Assembly (NCBI GenBank): GCA_019058245.1
Contig: JAHPZJ010000015.1
Location: 1 to 64,000 of the forward strand
Length of the DNA: 64,000 nt
From: Promethearchaeota archaeon
GTDB lineage: Archaea > Asgardarchaeota > Lokiarchaeia > Sigyniarchaeales > SOKP01
Reading direction: 5' to 3'
Shown here: positions 28,706-38,629 of the stretch, one piece after another
How positions within the stretch are numbered: the first letter of the stretch is position 1
Layout: the number at the start of each line of letters is the position of its first letter
The notes under the pieces: model-generated
Databases searched by the model: none
Told to the model about the DNA's origin: nothing
Seen by the model: only the letters and a program-made list of their open reading frames with translations
Program-made: the position numbers and the translations under genes

Positions 28706-28919
28706 TCGAATTTAAAGTATAATTCCATTTCTTTAAAATTAAATCATAAGAATTTATCTTTTTTTTTATTGGTAAATTAATATAATAAGATTATAAAGGT
28801 CTAAATTAAATATAATAGAAGAATTGAGAAATTTTGAATTAAAAACTAAAATATGACAAATTTAAATAAATATAATTTATATTTCTTTTGTTAGATAATA
28901 AGGAATTCATGAAGAACCT

Positions 28920-30017
28920 ATGATGATAAATATACTTATAATTATTATGTCAAGTATAATTTCATTGGTTGCCATGTTTTTTGTTTTTTTTAATCGAGTG
29001 AGTTTCGGCAACACTTTTACTTACTTTTTAACAAACATTATATTTCTATTGATGGGAATATTTTTTTTGGGATCCTTTCTCTTATCTACTGAAATTCATC
29101 TGAATGAGAATATTGCCTTAAATTTATGGTATTTTTCAATTGTTTTTTGGGTATTATCTATTGGTTTATTAAGTATTTTACAGAAAATAATTATCAAATT
29201 TGAAGAAAAAATAATTCTATATACACTCTTTTATTCATTTATTATTGGTATAATTGTGGGTTTGACATTTCTTTCCAATTCAATTATGATTATTTCTGAT
29301 AATGGACATTATAAATTTAGATTTGATAACTTATTGTTATTTAGTCTTCTTTTAATTTATAATCTAATCATAATCCTGGTAATAAGTTATAATTTCATTA
29401 AGTATTTATCTAATATTCGCAATAACAAATCTCAAATAATATTAAGTATGATTACCTTCCAATTTACTTTTATTATCTTCGTATATTCAATGAATATTAT
29501 TACTCAAAATATTATATTCATTTATATTTTTGTAATTCTTTTTCTTGTAGATGAAATTTTTATTGTGTTTTATATAATTAAAATACCTTTTCCATTCATT
29601 GAATTTACTAATAAGATCTATGATTTCATTATATTCCACCGAAGTGGAATTCTCTTATATTCCTATAATTTTGAGACGGGAAAAGAAACTGATGAGGCTC
29701 TCATAAAAGGGTCAATACTTATTGGGATTAACCATATACTCTCTAATTTTATAGATAGAAAAGACCAACTTAATCTTATTAAAATGAAAAATAGAGATAT
29801 TGTTTTTGAATATGATAATATTCATGGTTATGCTCTTCTATTAACTACTAATCATAAAAATGCTTTTATTGATAAAGCGGTTAATAGTTTTATGACAAAA
29901 TTTTCTTCAATTAATGGGAATATCTTGAAAAATTTAACTGGATTAATTGATGTCTCAGAATTTCGGAATGCAAAAGAAATTATATTAGAAAATTTTGAAC
30001 CCTTTTTAATAAAATAA
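28920..30017 (+). CDS. Multi-pass (about 7 TM) membrane protein with C-terminal longin-like domain
   Basis: Hydrophobic N-terminal two thirds, then IYDFIIFHRSGILLYSYNF...GSILIGINHIL...LIDVSEF. Confidence 0.7.
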   Translation: MMINILIIIMSSIISLVAMFFVFFNRVSFGNTFTYFLTNIIFLLMGIFFLGSFLLSTEIHLNENIALNLWYFSIVFWVLSIGLLSILQKIIIKFEEKIILYTLFYSFIIGIIVGLTFLSNSIMIISDNGHYKFRFDNLLLFSLLLIYNLIIILVISYNFIKYLSNIRNNKSQIILSMITFQFTFIIFVYSMNIITQNIIFIYIFVILFLVDEIFIVFYIIKIPFPFIEFTNKIYDFIIFHRSGILLYSYNFETGKETDEALIKGSILIGINHILSNFIDRKDQLNLIKMKNRDIVFEYDNIHGYALLLTTNHKNAFIDKAVNSFMTKFSSINGNILKNLTGLIDVSEFRNAKEIILENFEPFLIK

Positions 30018-30206
30018 TCATTTAATTAAAATTGTAAATCTATGTATAACTATCCTTAAGAATATTAATGTAATTCTATTTTTCTAGTATTTAACTGATA
30101 AGAAAAAAATAGTTTTTAAAAGCATATGTTTTTATTCTATAAGATTACATTATTTTTAATGGAATTCATATCAATTATACTATAAATTAATAGAAAAGAT
30201 TCTTAA

Positions 30207-31364
30207 TTGAATAAAAATATGTCTGAAATTTTATTTATATTACCTTTAATCATAAGTTATATCTTCCTTCAAGGTGTTAGTTTTTATACAATATTTTTTA
30301 TTTTTACTCATCCTGAAAAATTTGGTACAAAAATTAATGCCGTATTAAATTCAATTTCTATTTTTCATGGAGGTATAATTTTTTCAGGATTATATTTTAT
30401 TTCTGTAATCTTCTTTTTTTCTGAAATGATTAATATAATTCTATGGAAAATTTCTCTTATTTTTGGTTTTATTAGCTTAATGTGGATGGCTTTGATGTAT
30501 TCTTTCCTGAAGGAATTTAAAAAAATTCCATATTTTCCCTTTTTATATTTTATGATAATTTTTGGGCTTTTGCTAAGTTCCCTAATGATGCCAAATTCCA
30601 TTCAAGTTTCTGTAAATTATTCCGATTCAACTCCGTTTTTAATTTCAAATGTTTCAAAAATAAATTATAAATTCAATTTTATAACTGGAATACTCACTGA
30701 AATTTTTCAATTATCATTTGTTCTATATTTTATTTATTTAACTTATACAATTTCTACAGAAGCAAGGAATAAAGCAGCTCTAAAAGGATTGACCCTTATC
30801 GCATATACTTTTTTCTTCCCAATTCTAATGTTTATTTTTTATATCATATTCCAATCATGGATCTTTAGAGAAATCTTCATTTTTTCATTATGGATTGAAT
30901 TAATATCGTTATGTTTAGTAATCATAAAGAAACCTGAAGTCTTTTCAGAATTAACAAATAAAATATATTATATCAATATTTATCATAAATCTGGTATCTT
31001 ACTCTTTTCTTATAAATTTAAAAACATAAAAAATGAAGTTGATTCATCCATATGGGGTAATATTTTAATAGGGATTAATCATATACTTTCAGAATTTGTA
31101 TATACTAACGATCAAATAGATGTACTTCAAACTAAGAATTCAGATATAATTGTTAATTATGATGACTTAGGATTTGCCGTAGTACTAATAACTAACCATA
31201 AAAATGATATAATAAAAGAATTAATGGATAACTTCTCAAAAGAATTTCATAATAAATTTAAAAGCGAGTTAACAGAAATTCAAGATCTTAATAAATTAAT
31301 AAATGTCTCAGAATTTAAAGAAACTAAGGAGATCATAGAGAAAAATTTTCAAATATTTCTATGA
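30207..31364 (+). CDS. Multi-pass membrane protein with C-terminal longin-like domain (paralog of the previous gene)
   Basis: IYYINIYHKSGILLFSYKF...GNILIGINHIL...LINVSEF, closely matching the neighbouring gene. Confidence 0.7.
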   Translation: MNKNMSEILFILPLIISYIFLQGVSFYTIFFIFTHPEKFGTKINAVLNSISIFHGGIIFSGLYFISVIFFFSEMINIILWKISLIFGFISLMWMALMYSFLKEFKKIPYFPFLYFMIIFGLLLSSLMMPNSIQVSVNYSDSTPFLISNVSKINYKFNFITGILTEIFQLSFVLYFIYLTYTISTEARNKAALKGLTLIAYTFFFPILMFIFYIIFQSWIFREIFIFSLWIELISLCLVIIKKPEVFSELTNKIYYINIYHKSGILLFSYKFKNIKNEVDSSIWGNILIGINHILSEFVYTNDQIDVLQTKNSDIIVNYDDLGFAVVLITNHKNDIIKELMDNFSKEFHNKFKSELTEIQDLNKLINVSEFKETKEIIEKNFQIFL

Positions 31365-31573
31365 GAAAATACATTTTTTTAAATTAGCGTATATTACGAA
31401 TTTAATAAAGAATTTATATGATAAAAAAAAAAATAATATTTTTTTCATTTTGATTCTTTTAATTCATCAGAAAATTATTGCTATCTAAACATTTAAAAAG
31501 TTAAATTTTTATGGATAAGCTCAGAGAATATAATAATAATCTTTAATAATAATTTAAGGAGTGTTTTTTTAAA

Positions 31574-31774
31574 ATGGAAATAATACAGGATCTTGAATGG
31601 TCAAATGATTGGAAAGTTATTGTTGAAATTTTTGAAACTATTGATCTACTTAATTCTTTGTTTAAAAAATTAGATGTGCCATATTTAAGAGAATTACAGC
31701 AAAAAATGCTTATTTTAAATCTTGAAAAATACGCTTGGTCTTTACAAAATTATATTATTGAGAAGTATTCTTAA
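31574..31774 (+). CDS. Small hypothetical helical protein
   Basis: 66-aa ORF with an AGGAG-like site upstream. Confidence 0.6.
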   Translation: MEIIQDLEWSNDWKVIVEIFETIDLLNSLFKKLDVPYLRELQQKMLILNLEKYAWSLQNYIIEKYS

Positions 31775-31930
31775 CTAGATATATATTTATAATTCTTTCA
31801 ATAGAAAATATATAAAATAATTAATTCTATTTTTAACTCTGGCTAAAATAATAATTATTAAACTATAGATAGATTTAATACCAATCTAATAAAATAATAA
31901 AAATCTGAAAGAAAAAGTATTATTTTAAAA

Positions 31931-32044
31931 ATGAGTGAAGAACAATGCTTTGGTAAACGCCAAAAATGGAGTTTTGGAATTGGGTCTTTTGCTCAGTGGT
32001 TTATAAATACAGAAGTTAATACCAGAACATTAGAGCTGATATAG
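31931..32044 (+). pseudogene. Probable truncated MFS/GPH transporter N-terminus
   Basis: MSEEQCFGKRQKWSFGIGSFAQWFINT... stops after 37 aa; resembles the first TM region of GPH-type MFS carriers. Confidence 0.4.
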
Positions 32045-32047
32045 AAG

Positions 32048-32782
32048 TTAGAGATGGGTATTATCTTCAGATTTTTTCTTAAAATTTTTAAAAAGTTCGA
32101 CAAAATTTATTTTTAACATCAAATATACACTTATAATAATGAAATATAGAGTAAGTATACTGATTAACCAATCTTCTCCTCCCAAAAAAATGCAAATATC
32201 AAATAAATTATAAGCAAATATTAGCATTAATCCAAGTTTTCCAAACCATATCCAGAATATTGTCTTTTTTATATCATACTTTATTAAACCTAAAGGTACA
32301 GTTATCATATCATCATTTAAGGGAGTAATTCCAAAAAGATATATAAGAAGTGGGGCTATTTTTGGGTGATCTACTAAAAATTGTTGATACTGTTTCAATG
32401 TTTCATTTCTTTCAGCTGAAGTAAATTCAGAAGCACCCCTCCCAACTAAATACCCTCCCATCTCTCCAACTAAACAGCCTAATGAAGCTATAAATCCAAC
32501 TAATAGTGGAATTAATATATTCATTTCTCGAAATGGTTGAGCGCTAAAACAAACTACGAAAGTATATGGAGTAGGAACGGGAATTAGAGTTCCTATCATA
32601 CATACCAAAAAAGTAATAAGAAGTCCAGAACCTAAATCTTGAAATTGAGGATAACTTGAAATATTTTCAATTATTTCTCTATGGGACGCATTTATCAAAA
32701 GATCTAATGAAAAAATTGTTAAAATTGTTAATAAAATTATAAAAATTAAGTCAATCCTTTTTAGCTTAATTTTAGGTTTCAC
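32048..32782 (-). CDS. DedA/VTT-domain membrane protein
   Basis: LIPVPTP, GCLVGEMGGYLVGRG, ITPLNDD and PLGLIKY motifs. Confidence 0.8.
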   Translation of the reverse strand: MKPKIKLKRIDLIFIILLTILTIFSLDLLINASHREIIENISSYPQFQDLGSGLLITFLVCMIGTLIPVPTPYTFVVCFSAQPFREMNILIPLLVGFIASLGCLVGEMGGYLVGRGASEFTSAERNETLKQYQQFLVDHPKIAPLLIYLFGITPLNDDMITVPLGLIKYDIKKTIFWIWFGKLGLMLIFAYNLFDICIFLGGEDWLISILTLYFIIISVYLMLKINFVELFKNFKKKSEDNTHL

Positions 32783-32843
32783 TTTTTGTATAGTAATTTA
32801 GGTAAAGGATTTAAAGTTAAATAATTAATGCTTCTATTATGTT

Positions 32844-32996
32844 TTAGAACATTGGAGTTAAAATTAGAATGAAACTTATTAGTATACTAACAAAAAAAAT
32901 TAAAGTAAGAAAAATACCAAGAATTCTTTTTTTTCTCTGTCCCTTTTTTCTAACAGTTTTTTGCTCTTGAGATGGCTTACGTCTTACATGAGACAT
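32844..32996 (-). CDS. 50-aa basic, tail-anchored membrane microprotein
   Basis: Not in the ORF track. MSHVRRKPSQEQKTVRKKGQRKKRILGIFLTLIFFVSILISFILILTPMF*, starting 27 nt after the gelsolin-like gene stop. Confidence 0.65.
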   Translation of the reverse strand: MSHVRRKPSQEQKTVRKKGQRKKRILGIFLTLIFFVSILISFILILTPMF

Positions 32997-33023
32997 GAGT
33001 TTTTATGTAGAGTAATTTTTAGA

Positions 33024-33707
33024 TTAATTGTTTTTATTATCAACTTTTTTTAAGAGTTCAGTCAAAACTACATTATTGAATGAAAAAAGCATCCTTGGGG
33101 TATAATTTTCCGCTAAATATGGACCATCTTCAACCTCTTCCTTTAATGGAAAAAGCTGTTTCTCTTTTATAACTGTTCCTAAATAATTTCTATCATACTC
33201 TTTATAACCAAAAATTTGATTTTTAACAATAACCATTTTTCTTTCATATCCTTCAGGAACACCCGCTTTTTCTAATAGTAAAAGTATCTTTTCTCTGGAA
33301 AGTGATTCAAGTAATTCTAAATCTTCTTGAGTTCCCTCATAAGCAGGTCCAACTTGTGCTTCAGTATAATCAATTTCCTTTTCAACACCTGTTGCAATTT
33401 TAAATCCCAAAGTCTCATTGCCTTCATCAACCGCAGCAATTTTAAACCCAAAACCATATCTATCTCTAATACTGGGTGCTAATTTAGCTGCTATAAACTT
33501 CATTCTTGTAGTAGTATTACTTCCATGCCATATCCATACTCTATACCTGTTAGGATCAATAAAAAGTAAGATGAAATCAGGATCGAGTAACTCATGTATT
33601 TCAATATCATCTGCAAACTCTAGTTCTTGAAAATCATTTAATTGATCATTATATTGAAATACAATAATTTTTTCTTTATCCAATTCAGGTAAAGTATCAT
33701 CTGACAT
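33024..33707 (-). CDS. Gelsolin-like single-domain protein with C-terminal extension
   Basis: LDPDFILLFID...RVWIWHGSNTTTRMKFIAA...VDEGNETLGF resembles a gelsolin repeat. Confidence 0.7.
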   Translation of the reverse strand: MSDDTLPELDKEKIIVFQYNDQLNDFQELEFADDIEIHELLDPDFILLFIDPNRYRVWIWHGSNTTTRMKFIAAKLAPSIRDRYGFGFKIAAVDEGNETLGFKIATGVEKEIDYTEAQVGPAYEGTQEDLELLESLSREKILLLLEKAGVPEGYERKMVIVKNQIFGYKEYDRNYLGTVIKEKQLFPLKEEVEDGPYLAENYTPRMLFSFNNVVLTELLKKVDNKNN

Positions 33708-33819
33708 AATGGTGGTTAAAATATGTTCAATATATATTACTAAATAATTTTACTAATTTATTATTATTTGTAATTTACATATAAAAGATTCTACTATGAT
33801 TAAAATTCTAGCGGATTAA

Positions 33820-33959
33820 TGCGGGAAGGGAGATTTGAACTCCCGAACTCCTACGAGAATGGGTTCCAGGTTATCAAATAAAACTTTCTGAGCCCATCGC
33901 CTATAATCGGCTTTTGAATACAAATATTTCCACCTTTGACCAAACTTGGCAATTCCCGC
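33820..33959 (-). tRNA. tRNA-Leu(CAG) with two BHB introns (33 nt at 21/22; 22 nt at 38/39 or 37/38)
   Basis: Acceptor stem GCGGGAA/TTCCCGC; anticodon stem ATGGG/CCCAT around CAG; long variable arm; T-arm GGGAG TTCAAAT CTCCC. Introns at 33935-33903 and 33885-33864 give an 85-nt mature body; CCA not encoded. Confidence 0.9.
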
Positions 33960-34093
33960 AAAGTTATTGTATTTTTTCTTAATTCTTTATATATTTAACT
34001 ATTGATTATTCAAAATTGTTAATAATTTTAACGATTTTTACTTATATTCGTAAGGAATTTGATATAAAAACTATCCTACATTCTGATGAAAAA

Positions 34094-34720
34094 ATGGAGT
34101 CATTATTATCTGCTATTAGAGACCTTCAAAGCAGTGAAGTAAGAGAGATAGTAACCAATAGGATTAATGAATTTAAAGAACAGGGGAAAAAATCTATTGA
34201 AAATATATTTAAAGAACTATGTTTCTGTATAACGACCGCTAATTGTAGTGCTGAACGATGTATCGAGTTACAGCAAAATATAGGGGATGGTTTTCTCACT
34301 CTTTCAGAAACAGAGTTACCAGAAAAAATGAAAGTGGAAAAATATAGATTCCCTAATGTCCGCTCCAAATTTATTATTGAAGCCAGAGAAAAAATGAATC
34401 AAATAGAAGATATCATGAAGTCTGAGAGCAATGGAAGAAAACTAAGAGAATGGATTGTAAAAAATATAAAAGGTATTGGATATAAGGAAGCAAGTCATTT
34501 CTTAAGAAATATAGGATATAAGGAGTTTGCAATAGTAGATTTTCACATTGCTGACCTTTTAGCAAAATATAACATTGCAGAAAAACCAAAAAGGATGACA
34601 AAAACCAAGTATCTAGAAATTGAAGAAATCTTGAAAATTATAGGTAATAAAGCAAATTTAAATATGGCTGAATTGGATCTTTATTTATGGTATTTAGAAA
34701 CAGGAAAAATACTTAAATAA
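34094..34720 (+). CDS. ogg: 8-oxoguanine DNA glycosylase/AP lyase (Ogg2 family)
   Basis: ELCFCITTAN, KGIGYKEASHFLRNIG, IVDFHI and C-terminal LDLYLWYLETGKILK. Start likely ATG 34094. Confidence 0.92.
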   Translation: MESLLSAIRDLQSSEVREIVTNRINEFKEQGKKSIENIFKELCFCITTANCSAERCIELQQNIGDGFLTLSETELPEKMKVEKYRFPNVRSKFIIEAREKMNQIEDIMKSESNGRKLREWIVKNIKGIGYKEASHFLRNIGYKEFAIVDFHIADLLAKYNIAEKPKRMTKTKYLEIEEILKIIGNKANLNMAELDLYLWYLETGKILK

Positions 34721-34822
34721 GAAAATTAACGCTTTAAGGGAGTGAGGAATTATCTTAAGGTTATTCTCCTTAAGAAACTTTTTTGTTAAAAATTAAAATA
34801 ATGGTAAAAAAAAAGGGTATTT

Positions 34823-35506
34823 TTAGCTTTTTAAATCATATCCACAGCCAGGACAAAATTGAGCTGCAGCATGAGGTATTTTTTCACCACAAGCAGGACA
34901 AAATTTAACTGTGTGAGTTTCCTCAATTGAAATAGGTTGAGAGATTGGTTCACTTACCAGAGGTTCCTCTTTACTAATGGGTTTAATTTCCACTCCTTCT
35001 GTTCCAGTAATTTTATCAATAACAAAAGCTAAGATTGAAATTCCGCCTGTAATGAATGGTGCTATAGTTGCGAAGCTAGGAGTGAAGGTTCCCCAAAATG
35101 TTTGGGGAGATAAATCATGTATTATTCCATAGAACATATATGCCATTTGAGATCCTGCAATATAATAAATTGCAACTCCTATAAGTATAATGCCTAAGGC
35201 TAACCAAGAACCAGGTATTTCTTTCTTTCTATGGGTGAGAGAGGAGATAAACATAACAATTATGCATATTATTATTAGACTTAAAGATATAATTCCAATA
35301 ATCAATAAGATTGGAATTTCAATAAATCCAAATGAGGGTCCCATCATTCCTCCAAAATTTATATACAAACCATCCATATATAGAAATTCAGTTCCCGGTC
35401 CAGAAAGATGAGCAGCTGCAGGGGTAAAAAGACTAATAAATGTAAGTATACTACCAATTAAAGGCAATACCCAGAGATAATTTCTAACTTTTTGCATTTC
35501 ATTCAA
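34823..35506 (-). CDS. Four-TM membrane protein with C-terminal zinc ribbon
   Basis: Hydrophobic segments; FCPACG...FCPGCG. Confidence 0.75.
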   Translation of the reverse strand: MNEMQKVRNYLWVLPLIGSILTFISLFTPAAAHLSGPGTEFLYMDGLYINFGGMMGPSFGFIEIPILLIIGIISLSLIIICIIVMFISSLTHRKKEIPGSWLALGIILIGVAIYYIAGSQMAYMFYGIIHDLSPQTFWGTFTPSFATIAPFITGGISILAFVIDKITGTEGVEIKPISKEEPLVSEPISQPISIEETHTVKFCPACGEKIPHAAAQFCPGCGYDLKS

Positions 35507-35741
35507 CTCATTAATTTAATTATTATATATTGGAATAAGATATTATATAAAATTTATGTGCTGATTTATGTTTATCTTGTTTCTTATTTAATATTTTACC
35601 TTCTAATTTAAGATAAGAAATGGATTTATCCTAAGAGATTTCAATTCAACTTGAAGTTTTTAAACACGAGAAAACTTATTAAATGAATATGCAATTTAGA
35701 ATTCCATTGGACAATGTATATTTAAAAATATTAATAGAAAA

Positions 35742-36419
35742 TTGAAAATGAAACCTACGTGCCATAAGTGTAATAGTATTAATTTTTGTACTATAGGAAA
35801 GCCAAATCATAATATAAAAAACTGTCCTATGATAGTATGCTCTGAAATTGAGGAAAAAGCATTTAATCTTTATAAGTCTGATGAGCTAATAAAAAAGACT
35901 ACAAAAGAGGCGTCTATAGTTGAAGCAACAGGGTATATTTTGTGGTCTCGATTAAAAGATACTATAGAATTTGCTAAAAGAATGAATTTTAGAAAAATAG
36001 GTTTAGCTTTTTGTGTTGGATTACAACGAGAGGCAAAAAAAACGGCAGAAATCCTAGAGAAATATGATTTTGAGGTATTTTCAGTGTGCTGCAAAACAGG
36101 GTCAATGAAAAAAATAGAGTTAGGTGTTCCAGAAGAATATACAAACATTTCAAAAACAGGGTATCCTATTGGGGTTGTATCATGCAACCCCGTTGCCCAA
36201 GCACTCCTTTTGAATAATGCCCAGACAGATTTAAACTTAATAATTGGATTGTGTGTTGGACATGATATTACTTTTACACAACTTTCAAATGCTCCAGTCT
36301 CTACTTTAATTGCAAAAGATAGATCAAATCAGCATAATCCAGCATCAGTTTTGTATACACACTATGGAAATTCCTTTTTTACTAAAGATTTATTAATTAA
36401 AAAAAAAGAAGTAAAATGA
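35742..36419 (+). CDS. DUF1847-family metal-binding protein
   Basis: KIGLAFCVGL, SVCCK, CNPVAQA, GLCVGHD and KDR..HNP motifs. Confidence 0.85.
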   Translation: MKMKPTCHKCNSINFCTIGKPNHNIKNCPMIVCSEIEEKAFNLYKSDELIKKTTKEASIVEATGYILWSRLKDTIEFAKRMNFRKIGLAFCVGLQREAKKTAEILEKYDFEVFSVCCKTGSMKKIELGVPEEYTNISKTGYPIGVVSCNPVAQALLLNNAQTDLNLIIGLCVGHDITFTQLSNAPVSTLIAKDRSNQHNPASVLYTHYGNSFFTKDLLIKKKEVK

Positions 36420-36573
36420 GGTTTTTTTAAGATATTGAATGACAAATCTGGCAACTTATATAATGTATCAAAAATTATACTCTAAACTAAATTTATTTTA
36501 CAAACAAAGTAAATTTAAATAATTAATTGTGAAATTCATCATTAATGCTCAGAAAATAACAAAGTGATTTAAA

Positions 36574-38430
36574 ATAAGATACCCAAATATTGTAGTAGAA
36601 TTTATTAAACAACTCCCTCAAGACCATTATGGTTTAAAAAAGCTAATTAAAAAAAATTATAAAAGAATAGATTTTGGTAAAATTAAATCTCCTAAGGTAA
36701 ATACTGGAAAAAAAAAAATAGAAAATCTTTATAACCTATTGGTTAGTGAAATTCTCTCTACAAATCCAAAAGCATTAGAAATGCTTAAATATTTGTCTGT
36801 TATAAATACAAAAGTTGAGACCAATATTGATAGAATAGCAGTAGAACAGTCATATGATTCACAGAATTTTAATAATAACTTTAAAATACTATTAGAGACA
36901 GGATTAATAAAAGAGAAAGAGGGAAAAACAGGAATATATGAATTCGCATTTCCATATCTTCAAGAAATGTTAGAACTACAAACTGATAAAAAATCACATG
37001 AGTATGCACTTCGATACTACGAAGTAAAAACTAAAAAATTAAAGATTGATATTCTAGATGATATTGAAATTCTGTTTCATAAAGTTAAAGTAAATCCTAC
37101 CGAGATATTGATAAATGAATTTCTTTCTATAGCAAGTAGTATAGATCAATTTGATCAACGTCATAATAAATTAATTGATATTGGCATAGAATTACTTATA
37201 TTTGAAGATAAATATAAAGCACCCATTTTATTCGTGCTTGGTAATATTCTATCTATTATTGGAAATCCGGAGGACGCTGAGAAGACCTATCTTAATGCTA
37301 TAAAGATTTTCAAAAAGTTAGCAAAAAAGTACTACAGAATTTATTTACCTTATATTGCGACAATTCAAAAAAATCTTGGAACCCTTTATACAGACTTAAA
37401 ACGGTTTGAAGAAGCAGAAAAAATATATAGTAATGCCCTAAATTCATATAAAGAAATAGAAAAGAACTACTATGATGTGTATACCCCTGATTTTGATTCA
37501 AAAGAATATTCTAAAACGGAAGAATCCTATATTGATGATTTAAAGGCATACACTAAGTTATTAGAAAAAAATTACGATATCTATTTACCTGAAGAACCTT
37601 CTCCTACAAGTAATTTAGGAAATGTTTGTATTGATTTAGATTTACTAGAGGATCTTCAAGATGGGTCAATTGATTCTTTTGATAATTATAAAAAATTAGC
37701 ACATATGTGCTATCATATGTATTTAATTGATATTGCGAAAACCCAGAGCAATTTAGGACTTATTTATACTAATTTAGGAAGATATGAAGAAGCCGAAAAG
37801 ATGCATCTAGAAGCGTTAAAAATTAAAAGAAAAATAGCTGAGACTTATCCTGATCAAGTGTTGCCTGAATTAGCGTTCAGTTTTTTAGATCTCGGTGATC
37901 TCTATGCTAGTCTAAATAGATTTGAGGAGGCTGAATCTATGTTTAAGGATGCATTAAAGACTTCAAAAGAGTTAGTAAAAGAAAATCCAGAAGTATATAT
38001 GTATAATACAGCTCTTATACAAAATTCCCTTGGAATTATATATACAAGATTAAAAAATTATGATTTAGCAGAACAGATGTATCTTGATGCCCTTAAAACA
38101 TTTAAAATTTATGCAAAAGAAAATCCTGAACCTTACATTTATAATGTTGCTGATGTCCAGAACAATCTTGGTAATTTATACCTCATTTTAAGAAATCTTG
38201 AAAGAGCCCAATATTATCTTAGTAAGGCTATTAAGAAAGATCCTAATAATACTATAATATTATATAATATTGCGTGTCTTGAAGCACTAAGCAATAATCC
38301 AACTAAAGCATTAGAATTATTATCCAAATTAATTGAAATAGATAATAGTTATATTGAAAGAGCAAAATCAGATCAAAATTTCAATAATATCAGAGATTTA
38401 AAGGAATTTAAAGAAATAATTGGTAATTAA
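36574..38430 (+). CDS. TPR-repeat protein with N-terminal winged-helix-like region
   Basis: Repeated NLG.LY..L.RFEEAE TPR units and C-terminal YNIACLEAL. The frame is open 55 codons upstream of the tracked TTG (36739); true start uncertain. Confidence 0.8.
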   Translation: MRYPNIVVEFIKQLPQDHYGLKKLIKKNYKRIDFGKIKSPKVNTGKKKIENLYNLLVSEILSTNPKALEMLKYLSVINTKVETNIDRIAVEQSYDSQNFNNNFKILLETGLIKEKEGKTGIYEFAFPYLQEMLELQTDKKSHEYALRYYEVKTKKLKIDILDDIEILFHKVKVNPTEILINEFLSIASSIDQFDQRHNKLIDIGIELLIFEDKYKAPILFVLGNILSIIGNPEDAEKTYLNAIKIFKKLAKKYYRIYLPYIATIQKNLGTLYTDLKRFEEAEKIYSNALNSYKEIEKNYYDVYTPDFDSKEYSKTEESYIDDLKAYTKLLEKNYDIYLPEEPSPTSNLGNVCIDLDLLEDLQDGSIDSFDNYKKLAHMCYHMYLIDIAKTQSNLGLIYTNLGRYEEAEKMHLEALKIKRKIAETYPDQVLPELAFSFLDLGDLYASLNRFEEAESMFKDALKTSKELVKENPEVYMYNTALIQNSLGIIYTRLKNYDLAEQMYLDALKTFKIYAKENPEPYIYNVADVQNNLGNLYLILRNLERAQYYLSKAIKKDPNNTIILYNIACLEALSNNPTKALELLSKLIEIDNSYIERAKSDQNFNNIRDLKEFKEIIGN

Positions 38431-38629
38431 TATATAAATTACTTATTTAAGTTCTGCTCTTTAGCTCAAATGTGAATAAAAATAATCTATATGATTCCTT
38501 ATAATAGGAAATCTATTTATTCTTACAATAATAAATTTAAATGAATAGTATTTATTCTATCAATCATTAGGATTTAGATATATAATAAATTAAAAAAGTA
38601 ACTTATAAAAATAGAAAAGAGGAGTTTAA

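Noticed and set aside
32844-32996. Ribosomal protein eL41/eS30 or Sec61beta
   Set aside because: A TM tail rules out the ribosomal proteins, and the conserved Sec61beta motif is not evident.
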